Assembly (NCBI GenBank): GCA_027295865.1
Contig: JAPUKB010000054.1
Location: 1 to 47,331 of the forward strand
Source: Nitrososphaerota archaeon
GTDB lineage: Archaea > Thermoproteota > Nitrososphaeria > Nitrososphaerales > UBA57
Length of the DNA stretch: 47,331 nt
Direction of reading: 5' to 3'
Below, piece after piece: positions 23,254-33,385 of the stretch. The translations under genes were made by a program, and so were the position numbers. The notes beneath the pieces were generated by a model. That model made no database searches. It was not told where the DNA came from and worked only from the letters and a program-made list of their open reading frames with translations. Each line of letters begins with the position of its first letter. The first letter of the stretch is position 1.

Positions 23254-24831
23254 CTAGTCGCCCAGAGTTTTCTTTATTTGTTCTAGTGTTGATTCGAGCG
23301 CATATTCATCTTTCGAGATTGTGAACTTAGGTTCTAGGAGAGTCTTCACCAAATCGTAAACTCTGTCGTCTAGTTGTTCGTCACGGACCAGAAAGGTCAT
23401 ACTTGGCGCAAGAGACCGCAATTGGACAGTAAGGACCTTGATGAATTGATCCATGATCCGATGATCGCCCTGAAGACCTGGACTATTCACAATTTGAGAA
23501 AAAGGATATACATCAGAGATTTCTCCAGGGACAAATCCTACTGGAACTGAAATGTATCCAATCATGAAAGGAATTGGTAACACAGATGATGCTCTTTCAT
23601 AGACCTTACCGTAGACGAAAGGCCCTGCCCTTCCTTCGGGGAGGATAAGGAGAGGCCTACTCGGCCGCGATGAAAGATATGTGCCAAGTCTATCATTGGC
23701 CCTCCTAATTTCAGGCCTAAGATGATCTGGATATGACGATAGCATGAGTCCTCTGAACTTGAAGGAAGGTGTAAAAACCTCAAACGAGTCTGAGTTCTTT
23801 GCCAACTCTTCAAAGGCCGCCCATAAGTTAGGATGGGCCTTGGCCCTGACACCCAAGTATTCCCAAAGCCTGCCTTCCCTAAGCGCCTGTTTTGTTGCTT
23901 CGATCTCGCGCTTGAGCATATAGAGATTATGAATTGCAATTTTGTTTTGTCTCTGGTCGACTTCCATCTCATTGAGTTGCTTAGCCGAAATCTTTGAGCA
24001 AACGCGGCAAACACAGGGTAGATACTCGAGATCCTGGATTCTTCTTGTACCCGTCTCTGTAATGTATCGTCCCGCGCGCGCGTATAAAACGTACGAAGCT
24101 GAATCAAAGGTGTCACATCCTAATGCAACAGCCATCGCTAAGGGGAGAGGGTGACCTAGGCCAAACAGGTGAAGTGGCTTGTCGAGGGGAAGAGCCTTTT
24201 TTGCTGTGACAATCATCTGAGCTAAAAGGGTGAAGTCATAACTCTCCATAACCTCTGTTGGACTACCAAGAGCAAACATATCAAATGGCATCGAGGATAG
24301 ATATCGCGCAGAAGTCGTTACGAGGTCAAGATACTTACCACCCTGAACCGGCCCGATCCACAGGCTCTTCCTATCATGACCAAGACCTTCCATTGTAATC
24401 CGGCATGATTCCAAAGTCTTCTTCACACTTTCCTCCGATTCCCGTCGACTCGCACCTAATCCAGTAGGAGTATCCAGTACGTTGGAAAAATCGGACCCTA
24501 TGGCCTCCTGATACCGAGCGATCTCTAGCGGATCTGTATTTACCTTACCATACTCCAAAATCTGGTAACCTCCGGAATCAGTCATGATCGGCCCATCGAA
24601 TTCTATGATCGAGTGGATCCCTTTTTCGATGGCGTCACCACCATGCCTTCTGAATGTGATGTAGGAATTCGTCATTACAGTGGTAAACCCCATCGCCCGT
24701 ATCTCCTGCGGGGGGATGGACTGGTTCGAGGGATGAATCACCGGGAGAAAAGCAGGAGTCTCCACTATCCCGTGATTGGTTTTGATTCTCCCTATTCTAC
24801 CAGCGAGATCAAGGTCTCGGACCTCAAACAT
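23254..24831 (-). CDS. tgtA: tRNA-guanine(15) transglycosylase (archaeosine pathway)
   Basis: GRIG, ETPAFLPV, MTDSGGYQ, VQGG, FDSASY, CVCRVC, HNL. Confidence 0.95.
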   Translation of the reverse strand: MFEVRDLDLAGRIGRIKTNHGIVETPAFLPVIHPSNQSIPPQEIRAMGFTTVMTNSYITFRRHGGDAIEKGIHSIIEFDGPIMTDSGGYQILEYGKVNTDPLEIARYQEAIGSDFSNVLDTPTGLGASRRESEESVKKTLESCRITMEGLGHDRKSLWIGPVQGGKYLDLVTTSARYLSSMPFDMFALGSPTEVMESYDFTLLAQMIVTAKKALPLDKPLHLFGLGHPLPLAMAVALGCDTFDSASYVLYARAGRYITETGTRRIQDLEYLPCVCRVCSKISAKQLNEMEVDQRQNKIAIHNLYMLKREIEATKQALREGRLWEYLGVRAKAHPNLWAAFEELAKNSDSFEVFTPSFKFRGLMLSSYPDHLRPEIRRANDRLGTYLSSRPSRPLLILPEGRAGPFVYGKVYERASSVLPIPFMIGYISVPVGFVPGEISDVYPFSQIVNSPGLQGDHRIMDQFIKVLTVQLRSLAPSMTFLVRDEQLDDRVYDLVKTLLEPKFTISKDEYALESTLEQIKKTLGD

Positions 24832-24852
24832 CTTCCTTCGAAAATTTGACGT

Positions 24853-25272
24853 TCATGCCTTGCTCTGTTTGACAAACTCATCGTAGACCGTCTTCACCCT
24901 TTCAGCTGCAAGGCCGCCGCCTTCTGCCACTCCCTGTTCAGTTACCTTAATCTTGTCCATAACGACAATTGCCCCTATGTCTTCCCTCATACGCACCAGC
25001 CCCGGGAAGACACGCTCTATCCTACTAGCTAGCGCCTTAAGGTCGAAGGGTTTCTCAATAAGTTTGATTTCCCTGACGAATGCTCCATTGATCGCAACTT
25101 TGAAGACCTTAGAATCTTCAGCTCGAGCGGTCTCTATGATAATACTCAGGTTTTCGTCTATGCCAAGCATGTTTCCCTCATAGTTGTTTCCTCCGGAGGT
25201 TTCTACGGCCACGCGTCTCCCAACCATAGTTACAATCTCTTCGGCAAATTTTCTAAACGCAAATGCAGACAA
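24853..25272 (-). CDS. Lsm/Sm-like RNA-binding protein with C-terminal extension (SmAP3 type)
   Basis: Sm fold (VAVETSGGNNYEGNMLGID...INGAFV) plus PFDLKAL...FPG C-terminal domain; upstream of tgtA. Confidence 0.85.
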   Translation of the reverse strand: MSAFAFRKFAEEIVTMVGRRVAVETSGGNNYEGNMLGIDENLSIIIETARAEDSKVFKVAINGAFVREIKLIEKPFDLKALASRIERVFPGLVRMREDIGAIVVMDKIKVTEQGVAEGGGLAAERVKTVYDEFVKQSKA

Positions 25273-25357
25273 ATTTCTTCGACTCGAAGAGAGTCCGTTA
25301 ATGAAGATATAAGAAACTTGTGATAAACCGCTAGGGCGCGAAACTGGCTATCTAATG

Positions 25358-26077
25358 CTAAAAGTACTTCATCTTGGGGAATTCCTTGACTGTTATTCCA
25401 ATTTCCAAAAGATATGGAATCATCTCCGACAAATCACGATTCTTCAGGATGGGCGAAAGTCGATGCTTTGGGCTAATCTCATTCATATTCGAGCCGAAGG
25501 CAAACGGCGAGCTAGAAGGGAGGACTATAACATGGAGAGCATCAAGCTGACCTGAAAGAAAAATCTTGTAACGGTGCCTGACCCCCAGATCGTCTCGGAT
25601 GGCAATAGATGGATGTTCGTGTCCCATAATAAGAATCCTGGGTCGAATGATTTCGAGCGCGGAAAGCGCCTCGTGGCCATGCATGAGGACACACTCACTA
25701 TCAGTTAAACTAAGAGTCGGATCATGTACTTTGACTCCGAGATCACTGAGCACTGAAATGATGTAATTATCATGATTTCCTCTGACAACTTCTGGTTCAC
25801 AGCCTATTTCCCTGATACTCTTAACTAGTTTCTTGACTCCCCACCACTCCGGCTCGGACGGCCTTCCGAACTCATGTTTTACATCACCTAATAGGAAAAT
25901 CCTTTTCGCGTTATAATGCTTGATTGGAGTGAGGACTTGTTCCAGGATCTGTGGGAAGGTGGTCCTCGGTATGTGAATTCCCATAAGTTCCCTTTGGTCT
26001 TCCAGCCCAATGTGTAAGTCGGAAGCTATCACAGCTTCAGCATCATCAAGGTAAAGCGCAGGCCAGGGACCTGCCAC
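25358..26077 (-). CDS. Metallophosphoesterase (Lhr-associated MPE/PdeM-like)
   Basis: SDLHIG, LGDVKH, RGNHD, MHGH, MGHEHP; start uncertain (frame open to ATA at 26119). Confidence 0.9.
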   Translation of the reverse strand: MAGPWPALYLDDAEAVIASDLHIGLEDQRELMGIHIPRTTFPQILEQVLTPIKHYNAKRIFLLGDVKHEFGRPSEPEWWGVKKLVKSIREIGCEPEVVRGNHDNYIISVLSDLGVKVHDPTLSLTDSECVLMHGHEALSALEIIRPRILIMGHEHPSIAIRDDLGVRHRYKIFLSGQLDALHVIVLPSSSPFAFGSNMNEISPKHRLSPILKNRDLSEMIPYLLEIGITVKEFPKMKYF

Positions 26078-26125
26078 TCTGATTCTCCTAGTTAGCCATG
26101 GGCCTTCAACGAACTCTATTCAGAG

Positions 26126-28756
26126 TCACCCTCTGTCAGCGTTAATGCGGCGAAGCACGCTCTCATGGAGATGCTCCAAGAGATTCTTTCTGTCCAGCAT
26201 AAGAACTTGGTCGCTAAAACCTGAGGCTATTAGTTCGTGTGAAAAGGGAGATGGTACGTCGGTGGTGGGACCTATGGCAATTCTTCGGACACCATTCTGT
26301 ACATCAGTGAGGATGGACTCTGCGCCAGAGACATCCATCACATCTTCGATCACTTCGCGGTAGGTTTCTTTGAGTATTGGAAAATCTCTTAGTGCCTCTA
26401 ACATCGGTATTAGTAGCTGGGCATTCATCTGGCGTCTTGCAATTCTGATCTCTCTCCCTTTGTAGTGTTTCAACATCATCAGGGCCCTGGTGGCGCAATG
26501 CCTAAACCTGCGCTTAACAATCTCTGTCTTTTTGATGGCTTCTAACAAGCGTGGCCTTATTTGATTGGCTTGCAACATATCTACAAGTTTTTGAGGATGG
26601 ATAATCGAACCCTCGGGGAGGGTCAGCATGAAACCTGAATCCCGAACCGTCACTGTCACTCCAATACTCAATTCCACCGACACCATATGAGCATAAGCTC
26701 TTGAGAGCGCATCGTTGATTCTCCTTCCATAAGTACAGTTGAAGATAATATTCTGCCTGTTCTCAAAGTCGCGGTAATCCTCTACGACGATGACCTTGTG
26801 AGTAGGAAATGAATCCAAACCCATGGTACGGAGGAAATCAAACTGTGCTCTGAAATATCCAGAAATGGCTGTCGCGGCATTATTATCTGAATTGGTCCTC
26901 TTAGATATGAAGGTCGAAAGATCAAGATCGGAAGCTCCGCCGAGAAGCTTCTGATAGACATCATCTCTAAATTGGCCGATTTCTTCTCCTAGGTCAAAGC
27001 TCAATGGCAGCATGTCACTGAACCAACTTGGAACAGTCGGTTTGGTCCCCTCTTTCCTTACCACGTATGCCTTGAAGCCTCGTGCGGCTCTGAATTCATA
27101 GGTTCGTCCTCCGAGAAGGAATATATCGCCTTTGGAAAGTCTTTCGAGAAAAGTCTCGTCTATAGTTCCGATCCATTTTCCTGACAGCAAATATACCCTA
27201 ACTGTCACTTCATCGGGGATTGTCCCGATATTTGTTGCATAGATAACTCTTAGAAGCTTTGCCCTTCTTCCAAGCGTTCCTTCCTCTTTGTCATACCAAA
27301 TCTTCCCATAGACCCTAAAGCCTTCTAAGCTCTGATATCCACCGCTTAGGTACTTCAAGACGTTTAGAAAATCGGTTTTTAGTAGAGATCTGTAACAGAA
27401 GCTTCCTCTGATCACGTTGAAAACATCACTCGCTGTCCATTGACTTCTCTCAACCACCATCCCTACGATATGTTGGGAGAGTACGTCCAGGCAATTTTTC
27501 GGAATGTATATTCTGTCTAGCTTGCCCTGCGTAGCTTGTTCAGCTATCACTGCATTCTCTACAAGGTCATCCCTCTCCATTGCAATTAGGACCCCTTTTG
27601 AAATTCTGTCTAGGGCATGCCCAGCTCTACCAACCCTCTGCAGGCAACGGGCGATCGACTTTGGAGATCCAACTTGGATTACCAAGTCAATACTCCCAAT
27701 GTCTATTCCTAGCTCTAAACTAGTACTTGTTACAACTGCTCTCATTTTTCCTTCCTTGAGTCGGTCTTCTACTTCTTTTCTTAGATCTCTTGAGAGAGAC
27801 CCGTGATGGACAGATAATTCATCCGCATCCAGGGTTCCTCCCTTTGAAAGCTGGAAGACTGATCTCTCAGCTCCAGCTCGAGTATTCGTGAAGATTAGGG
27901 TAGTACCATTCGCAGTTACAAGATCTTTCATTCTTCCATAGAGTTCTGCACTTGAGATCGAGGGAGAAGTGTGAATAAGATCGATTACAGGAGACGATAC
28001 AGTTATGGAGATAGGTTTTGCGAATCGAGTATCGACTACTACACAATCCCGCTCTTTCCCGCCCTCGTACCCGACTAGGAAACGTGCAACATCATCCAGG
28101 GGCTGAATGGTTGCAGAAAGACCTATGCGGCAAATTGGCCTAGATATCATGTTCTGAAGCCGCTCTAATGTTACGCTTAGGTGTACCCCCCTTTTCGAAC
28201 TGCACACCTCATGTATCTCGTCGACGATTACCCATTGTACATCAATTAGCTTGTACTTGAATTTTGGAGCCGTTATCATAATGGCCAGACTTTCTGGAGT
28301 TGTGATTAGGATATGCGGAGGTTTGGCAAGCATCCTCACCCTTTCCTGTGTCGAAGTATCGCCGGTCCTGACCGAAACACGAATCTCTTGAATCCCCTCA
28401 GAATGGACCTTCCCAGACATAATTATTGCCCTCAGCGGCAAGAGAAGATTCTTCTGAATATCGTTGTTCAAGGAACGGAGTGGGCTAACATAGATACAGT
28501 ATACTCTCTGCTCAAGGGCGTTCTGTTTAGCCAGTTTGACAAGCTCGCTGATTATTCCCAAAAAGGCACTCAGTGTTTTCCCGCTTCCAGTGGGACTAGC
28601 GATCAAAGTATTAGTACCATCGAGTATAAGCGGAATTGCGTATTTCTGGGAGGGCGTAAGATTAGGAAATTGCGAGAGCCAATCAGCGACCAAGGGGTCA
28701 AGTAACGAAAGCACCTGGTCGCGTCTGTATTCTTTACGGGCGATCGAGATCGTCAC
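26126..28756 (-). CDS. lhr: Lhr-family ATP-dependent DEAD/DEAH helicase
   Basis: PTGSGKT, TTPESL, DEIH, LSAT, HHGSLS, LELGIDIG, QRVGRAGH, GTIPD, PSW. Confidence 0.95.
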   Translation of the reverse strand: MTISIARKEYRRDQVLSLLDPLVADWLSQFPNLTPSQKYAIPLILDGTNTLIASPTGSGKTLSAFLGIISELVKLAKQNALEQRVYCIYVSPLRSLNNDIQKNLLLPLRAIIMSGKVHSEGIQEIRVSVRTGDTSTQERVRMLAKPPHILITTPESLAIMITAPKFKYKLIDVQWVIVDEIHEVCSSKRGVHLSVTLERLQNMISRPICRIGLSATIQPLDDVARFLVGYEGGKERDCVVVDTRFAKPISITVSSPVIDLIHTSPSISSAELYGRMKDLVTANGTTLIFTNTRAGAERSVFQLSKGGTLDADELSVHHGSLSRDLRKEVEDRLKEGKMRAVVTSTSLELGIDIGSIDLVIQVGSPKSIARCLQRVGRAGHALDRISKGVLIAMERDDLVENAVIAEQATQGKLDRIYIPKNCLDVLSQHIVGMVVERSQWTASDVFNVIRGSFCYRSLLKTDFLNVLKYLSGGYQSLEGFRVYGKIWYDKEEGTLGRRAKLLRVIYATNIGTIPDEVTVRVYLLSGKWIGTIDETFLERLSKGDIFLLGGRTYEFRAARGFKAYVVRKEGTKPTVPSWFSDMLPLSFDLGEEIGQFRDDVYQKLLGGASDLDLSTFISKRTNSDNNAATAISGYFRAQFDFLRTMGLDSFPTHKVIVVEDYRDFENRQNIIFNCTYGRRINDALSRAYAHMVSVELSIGVTVTVRDSGFMLTLPEGSIIHPQKLVDMLQANQIRPRLLEAIKKTEIVKRRFRHCATRALMMLKHYKGREIRIARRQMNAQLLIPMLEALRDFPILKETYREVIEDVMDVSGAESILTDVQNGVRRIAIGPTTDVPSPFSHELIASGFSDQVLMLDRKNLLEHLHESVLRRINADRG

Positions 28757-28826
28757 TTCAAGTTCCTGGCATGGGTTCTATGATTTGGATATATCGCTTA
28801 AATATCTGATTAGAAGGTCCTAATGC

Positions 28827-29126
28827 ATGAGCTCTCAGCCGGGGACTACGCCAGATGAAATAGAGTTCAAAATGCTAGACGCGAAGCCGCTGGGGACGGA
28901 TAGCGTCCTATTCGAACTCGAAGATGGGGCCACGGTCAAAATACGGGTGAATGTAGAGAGGGCAGGTGTGGCTACCAATTACAATAACCCTGATGGTTCG
29001 AGGCATTACAACGTGCAATCGTCGATGATGATTACAATAATTTCGCCTGACCGAACCTACAAGCTTCCGAAGACCGCTGTAAATGTTAGGCCCATGCAGA
29101 GAATGTCGGGAAAGCCATATGGCTAA
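28827..29126 (+). CDS. Small hypothetical protein, probably beta-rich
   Basis: 99-aa ORF filling the gap; TTAAATA about 25 nt upstream; FELEDGATVK...NPDG..HY pattern. Confidence 0.75.
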   Translation: MSSQPGTTPDEIEFKMLDAKPLGTDSVLFELEDGATVKIRVNVERAGVATNYNNPDGSRHYNVQSSMMITIISPDRTYKLPKTAVNVRPMQRMSGKPYG

Positions 29127-29139
29127 GTGACCGTCATCA

Positions 29140-30138
29140 TCATCGGTTGAAGTAGTCCGACAAGTCTCTTTGAGGAGGCCCAACCGGGTAAGCATCAAAC
29201 CCTATTCTCCTCAAGTGTCTTGCGAATTCGGCGGCAAATCCATTGGTGGTGTAGATCTTCTTTGGGGAGCATTCTTTGACGAACGTAACTAATTCATTAA
29301 AGTCACAGTGATCACTCAATGGAAACGCAAAATCCACAGACCGAGATGATGCGTACTTGGGTTGAATCGCCCACCCTGAAAACGCAATCGTGATGACGCC
29401 GTACTTCTCTTTGAGTGATCTTATCAATGACCCGTTACCGTTGCTCATGGGGGCAATTAGGATCCAAGGACGTCTGTCCAGGAGTCCTTGCCTCATCACC
29501 TCATCAAATTCCCTGAAACCCTCTCCCACTCTTACCCCCAGAACAGAATGCGCTTCGTTCATTTCGAGGACTGATTTTGTAGCATAGATCGGATCCCAAT
29601 GGGAGAAGTAATGGGAAATTATCTGAGCTTTCCCTAGTGCATAGCCCATCAGCACAACGGGAATTCCTCGTGAGAAGAAGTCGGCAATTAGTCGATTAAC
29701 CCGGTCTACAATGCTCTCGATCGAAGGGAAGATAAACTCATTTCTACCAAATGTGGTGTCCATGATTAGAGTTTCACATTTCGTCGCAATCGCTTTCTTC
29801 AAGAAGGCTCTTGACCGCCCCACGAAGTCACCTGTGAAGAAAATTTCTTCATCGATAAGTAGACCTCGAGAACCAAGGATATGCCCTGCGTCAAGAAGTT
29901 TTAGATCGGGAGTGCCCTCTTTGAAACTTCCATACTTGATCCCGCGTTTCCCGGCAAGAAAGGCCGTCTCTCTAGACGCCAATACTTCTGTAAGGGGAGT
30001 CCTTGCATGATCAAAGTGGGCATGAGATACGAAAGCTGTACCTGACAATGGTGTATGAGCGGGATCCAGAAATATCCTCCGATTCCCTTTATTGATGACA
30101 ATTCCATTGGAGCGTCTTACGGTGGAGACAGCCAACAT
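29140..30138 (-). CDS. MBL-fold beta-CASP exonuclease (SNM1/ligase-associated nuclease-like)
   Basis: SHAHFDH, AGHILGS, TGDF, GYALGKAQ, SGWA, PLSDHCDF. Confidence 0.88.
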   Translation of the reverse strand: MLAVSTVRRSNGIVINKGNRRIFLDPAHTPLSGTAFVSHAHFDHARTPLTEVLASRETAFLAGKRGIKYGSFKEGTPDLKLLDAGHILGSRGLLIDEEIFFTGDFVGRSRAFLKKAIATKCETLIMDTTFGRNEFIFPSIESIVDRVNRLIADFFSRGIPVVLMGYALGKAQIISHYFSHWDPIYATKSVLEMNEAHSVLGVRVGEGFREFDEVMRQGLLDRRPWILIAPMSNGNGSLIRSLKEKYGVITIAFSGWAIQPKYASSRSVDFAFPLSDHCDFNELVTFVKECSPKKIYTTNGFAAEFARHLRRIGFDAYPVGPPQRDLSDYFNR

Positions 30139-30190
30139 TGTTTGGAGTCTGAGTGATGCTTAAATCTCTTCAAGGGGTTCATTATAGGAA

Positions 30191-31405
30191 TTGACAATTC
30201 GAATTGGACTTATTGGTAAAACAAATACCGGGAAAACCACCTTCTTCAATGCTGCTACTCTTGGCTCTGGAGAGGTGTCGAACTACCCATTCACAACGAA
30301 ATCGGCAAATGCAGGTGTTGCCTATACCAGCACGGTGTGCGTCCACAAGGAATTTGATACGAAGGATACGCCAAAAAACTCAGTCTGCATTAACGGATGG
30401 AGACAGATCCCGATAGAGATAATAGATCTTCCCGGCTTGATTAAGGGGGCTTGGATGGGTAAGGGCCTAGGGAATCAGTTCCTTACTGTAGCATCACAGT
30501 CTGATGCCCTTCTGCACATTGTCGACGCTTCAGGAAGTGTAGATGCCGAGGGTAAGATTACAGAGGCAGGTACTGGTGACCCTGTTGCTGATATTGGCGA
30601 TATCGACGAAGAGCTCGTTATGTGGTATCTACGCCTAATCGAAAGCAATCGCGAGAAACTTTCTAGGCTTGTGGGCTCCGGAAACACGCTTGGGCTTGCG
30701 TTCTCGCAAGTCTTAGGGGGCATCGGTGTGACCGAAGGACACGTTCAAGCTACGTTGGATGAACTGAAGATGGAGGGGAAAAACTTTGACGATTGGTCAG
30801 ATCAAGAAATGAAAGACTTTGCCTGGGCCTTAAGAGACATCTCCAAACCCACCTTAATTGTGGCAAACAAGATGGACATTCCCGAATCAGCGGAGAATTT
30901 CAAGAGGATTCAAGAGAGGTATAACGACATGTTCGTCGTTCCATCTAGTGCCGAAGCCGAATTAACACTTAGGAAGGCGGAAAAGAAGGGGATCATTCGC
31001 TACTTTCCCGGAGAAGAGCGATTCGAAGTTGTCGACAAATCATCGGTTACAGAAAAGCAGGAGGAGGCCTTGCGTCTGATTCGTCGCAAGATTCTCGGCG
31101 AGTATCTTAGAACAGGCGTCCAATTCGCGATTAACGTCGAGGTCTTCAAACTATTGAGAATGAACGCCGTATATCCTGTATACGATTCTCAGAAGCGTAC
31201 GGATAAACACGGGAATGTTCTGCCAGACGTGTATATGATGCAGTCAGGATCCACTGTCAAGGATCTGGCCAAACAAATTCACACCGAGCTATCCAAAGGA
31301 ATTCTATATGCTGTAGACTCTCGTTCAGGTTTGAGACTTCCGACTGACTATCATCTTAAGGATAGGGATGTGCTCTCAGTTGTGTCTGCAAGCCGGAAGA
31401 AGTAG
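30191..31405 (+). CDS. ychF: Archaeal YchF/Obg-family translation-associated NTPase with TGS domain
   Basis: GKTNTGKTT, NYPFTT, DLPGL, GLGNQFL, NKMD, TGS motif IHT. Confidence 0.92.
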   Translation: MTIRIGLIGKTNTGKTTFFNAATLGSGEVSNYPFTTKSANAGVAYTSTVCVHKEFDTKDTPKNSVCINGWRQIPIEIIDLPGLIKGAWMGKGLGNQFLTVASQSDALLHIVDASGSVDAEGKITEAGTGDPVADIGDIDEELVMWYLRLIESNREKLSRLVGSGNTLGLAFSQVLGGIGVTEGHVQATLDELKMEGKNFDDWSDQEMKDFAWALRDISKPTLIVANKMDIPESAENFKRIQERYNDMFVVPSSAEAELTLRKAEKKGIIRYFPGEERFEVVDKSSVTEKQEEALRLIRRKILGEYLRTGVQFAINVEVFKLLRMNAVYPVYDSQKRTDKHGNVLPDVYMMQSGSTVKDLAKQIHTELSKGILYAVDSRSGLRLPTDYHLKDRDVLSVVSASRKK

Positions 31406-31444
31406 GACGTTAGGAAGTAGATCCACAGATAAAACGGATAAATA

Positions 31445-31465
31445 CTAATTGCATATAGCATTTAG
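31445..31465. promoter_or_regulatory. Imperfect palindrome, candidate autoregulatory operator of the ArsR gene
   Basis: CTAATTGC-atata-GCATTTAG (7/8 arm match) ending 8 nt before the TTG start. Confidence 0.45.
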
Positions 31466-31473
31466 ATTCACGA

Positions 31474-31779
31474 TTGTCTAAGCTCTTAAATGAACCGATA
31501 ATCCTATCTCGTTTCTTTAATGCTCTATCCAGTAAGGTTAGGCTCGATATTCTCCAGACGGTATCTGAGAATCGAAGACCTTTCCACATAAAGGCTCTCG
31601 CAAATCATCTCAAGCTAGACTATGCGGCGGTCTATAGACATGTAATTGTTCTCAGGGATGCAGCATTGGTTGATTTATTCGAGGTCGGGAGATCAAAGGT
31701 TGTTGTGGCGCGGGAGGAGGATACCTTACGTAAGGTGTTCGAACTGGCAAGTTCGATTAATTCGACTTGGGGGAACTAA
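31474..31779 (+). CDS. ArsR/SmtB-family winged-helix regulator
   Basis: FNALSSKVRLDIL...IKALANHL...AVYRHV..L..AALV...GR. Confidence 0.85.
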   Translation: MSKLLNEPIILSRFFNALSSKVRLDILQTVSENRRPFHIKALANHLKLDYAAVYRHVIVLRDAALVDLFEVGRSKVVVAREEDTLRKVFELASSINSTWGN

Positions 31780-31793
31780 ATCATCTCCGGCGC

Positions 31794-33188
31794 TTAAACC
31801 CTCTTCAGTTTAGGCCCGTATGGCGTATCCTCTACACGAAATCCACTGGACTCAATAGTTCCTCGGATATCATCAGCCAAAGCCCAATCGCCATCAATTC
31901 TTGCTTTTTCCCTTCTCTCCAGGAGAGCTCCGAGCTCAGCTGTCACATGGACTACGGGTGGCACGATCAGTCCAAGAATAGAGTCCACACGCTTCAGGTT
32001 CTTGACGATTTCTTCTCGATTTCCTTCTGAGAGCGTTCCGTCATCAAGGTATCTATTTGTTTTCCGGACATAATCGAAAAGGACTGCAAGTGCACTCGGC
32101 ATATTGAGATCGTCATCGAGGGCGTCCTCGAACTCCTTCATAAAACGAGTAGAATCTTCAGCGACTCGCTCGTCAAACCGATGAGGCTGCATCGGGCCTA
32201 CCAATCTTTGAAACATGTCTTGGAGCCTCTTCACACTTTCCTTTGCCTGTCTCAGCCCTTCGAAAGTGAAGTTCAAACGATCTCGATAATGTGACGAGAG
32301 TAAAAGATATCTTATTGAGGAATAATCATAACCCATTCTGGTCAGATCTCCGAGGGTGTAAAAGTTGCCGAGTGATTTGGCCATTTTTTTCCCCTCAACG
32401 ATCAAATGCTCGACATGAATCCAATATCTTACAAATCGAGCACCGGATACTGCCTCTGACTGTGCGATCTCGTTTTCATGATGAGGGAAGATGAGATCGA
32501 CGCCTCCGACGTGGATATCAAAGCTCTTTCCGAGGAACTTCATCGACATCGCCGAGCATTCGATATGCCAACCGGGTCTTCCCCTTCCAAGCTCAGTGTC
32601 CCAATAGATTTCTCCGTCCTCCTCTACCCACCCCTTCCATAGGGCAAAGTCGTGAGCATCCTCCTTTCCATACTCGTCTTCACTTACCCTATTGACAGAC
32701 GAAAGTTCACCCACTCTAGCTCCAGAAAGATTTCCATAGGTCTTCAACTTTGAAATGGAGAAATAGGTTGACCCATTGCTTTGATACGCATATCCTGCCT
32801 CCTTCAGGCGCTTAATCACACCGACCATCTCGTCTATATGTTGCGATGCCTTGGGATACGCGTCCGCCCGCATGATTCCTAGCTTGTCAATGTCTGAAAA
32901 GAACGCCTCAGTGTACTTCTCTGTATATTGCCTGAGAGGGATACCCTCACTCCTAGATCTCCGAATTGTCTTGTCATCAATATCTGTAATATTCATTACT
33001 TCGGTAACCCGAAATCCCTTTAAGATCAGAAACCTTCTTAGCGTATCAACTACAATGAAAGTTCGCAGGTTACCCAAATGCGGCGAATCGTAAACTGTGG
33101 GTCCACAGGCATACATTTTGACATTCTGGTCATCCATCGGCATGAATTCTTCCTTCCTTCTTCCGAGGGTATTGAACAACCTTAGCAT
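31794..33188 (-). CDS. cysS: Cysteine-tRNA ligase
   Basis: CGPTVY, HLGN, DFALWK, GRPGWHIECS, FPHHENE, KMAKS. Confidence 0.98.
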   Translation of the reverse strand: MLRLFNTLGRRKEEFMPMDDQNVKMYACGPTVYDSPHLGNLRTFIVVDTLRRFLILKGFRVTEVMNITDIDDKTIRRSRSEGIPLRQYTEKYTEAFFSDIDKLGIMRADAYPKASQHIDEMVGVIKRLKEAGYAYQSNGSTYFSISKLKTYGNLSGARVGELSSVNRVSEDEYGKEDAHDFALWKGWVEEDGEIYWDTELGRGRPGWHIECSAMSMKFLGKSFDIHVGGVDLIFPHHENEIAQSEAVSGARFVRYWIHVEHLIVEGKKMAKSLGNFYTLGDLTRMGYDYSSIRYLLLSSHYRDRLNFTFEGLRQAKESVKRLQDMFQRLVGPMQPHRFDERVAEDSTRFMKEFEDALDDDLNMPSALAVLFDYVRKTNRYLDDGTLSEGNREEIVKNLKRVDSILGLIVPPVVHVTAELGALLERREKARIDGDWALADDIRGTIESSGFRVEDTPYGPKLKRV

Positions 33189-33385
33189 GTCATGTTTCCA
33201 TTCCAGAAATCTTGTTTTGCGTTATCGTGAGGTTGGCTAAGGAAAGATTTCGGAGTCCCTCCTCCAGAATAGTAAGCTCATAGAGCTGTTTGTCGCTAAT
33301 TTCATGTCGCCACCTCAAGTAAACGGAAGATCTTAATGAAGATGTTAATAATAATACCCTATGATACAATTTCTTTAAAGGAGAG

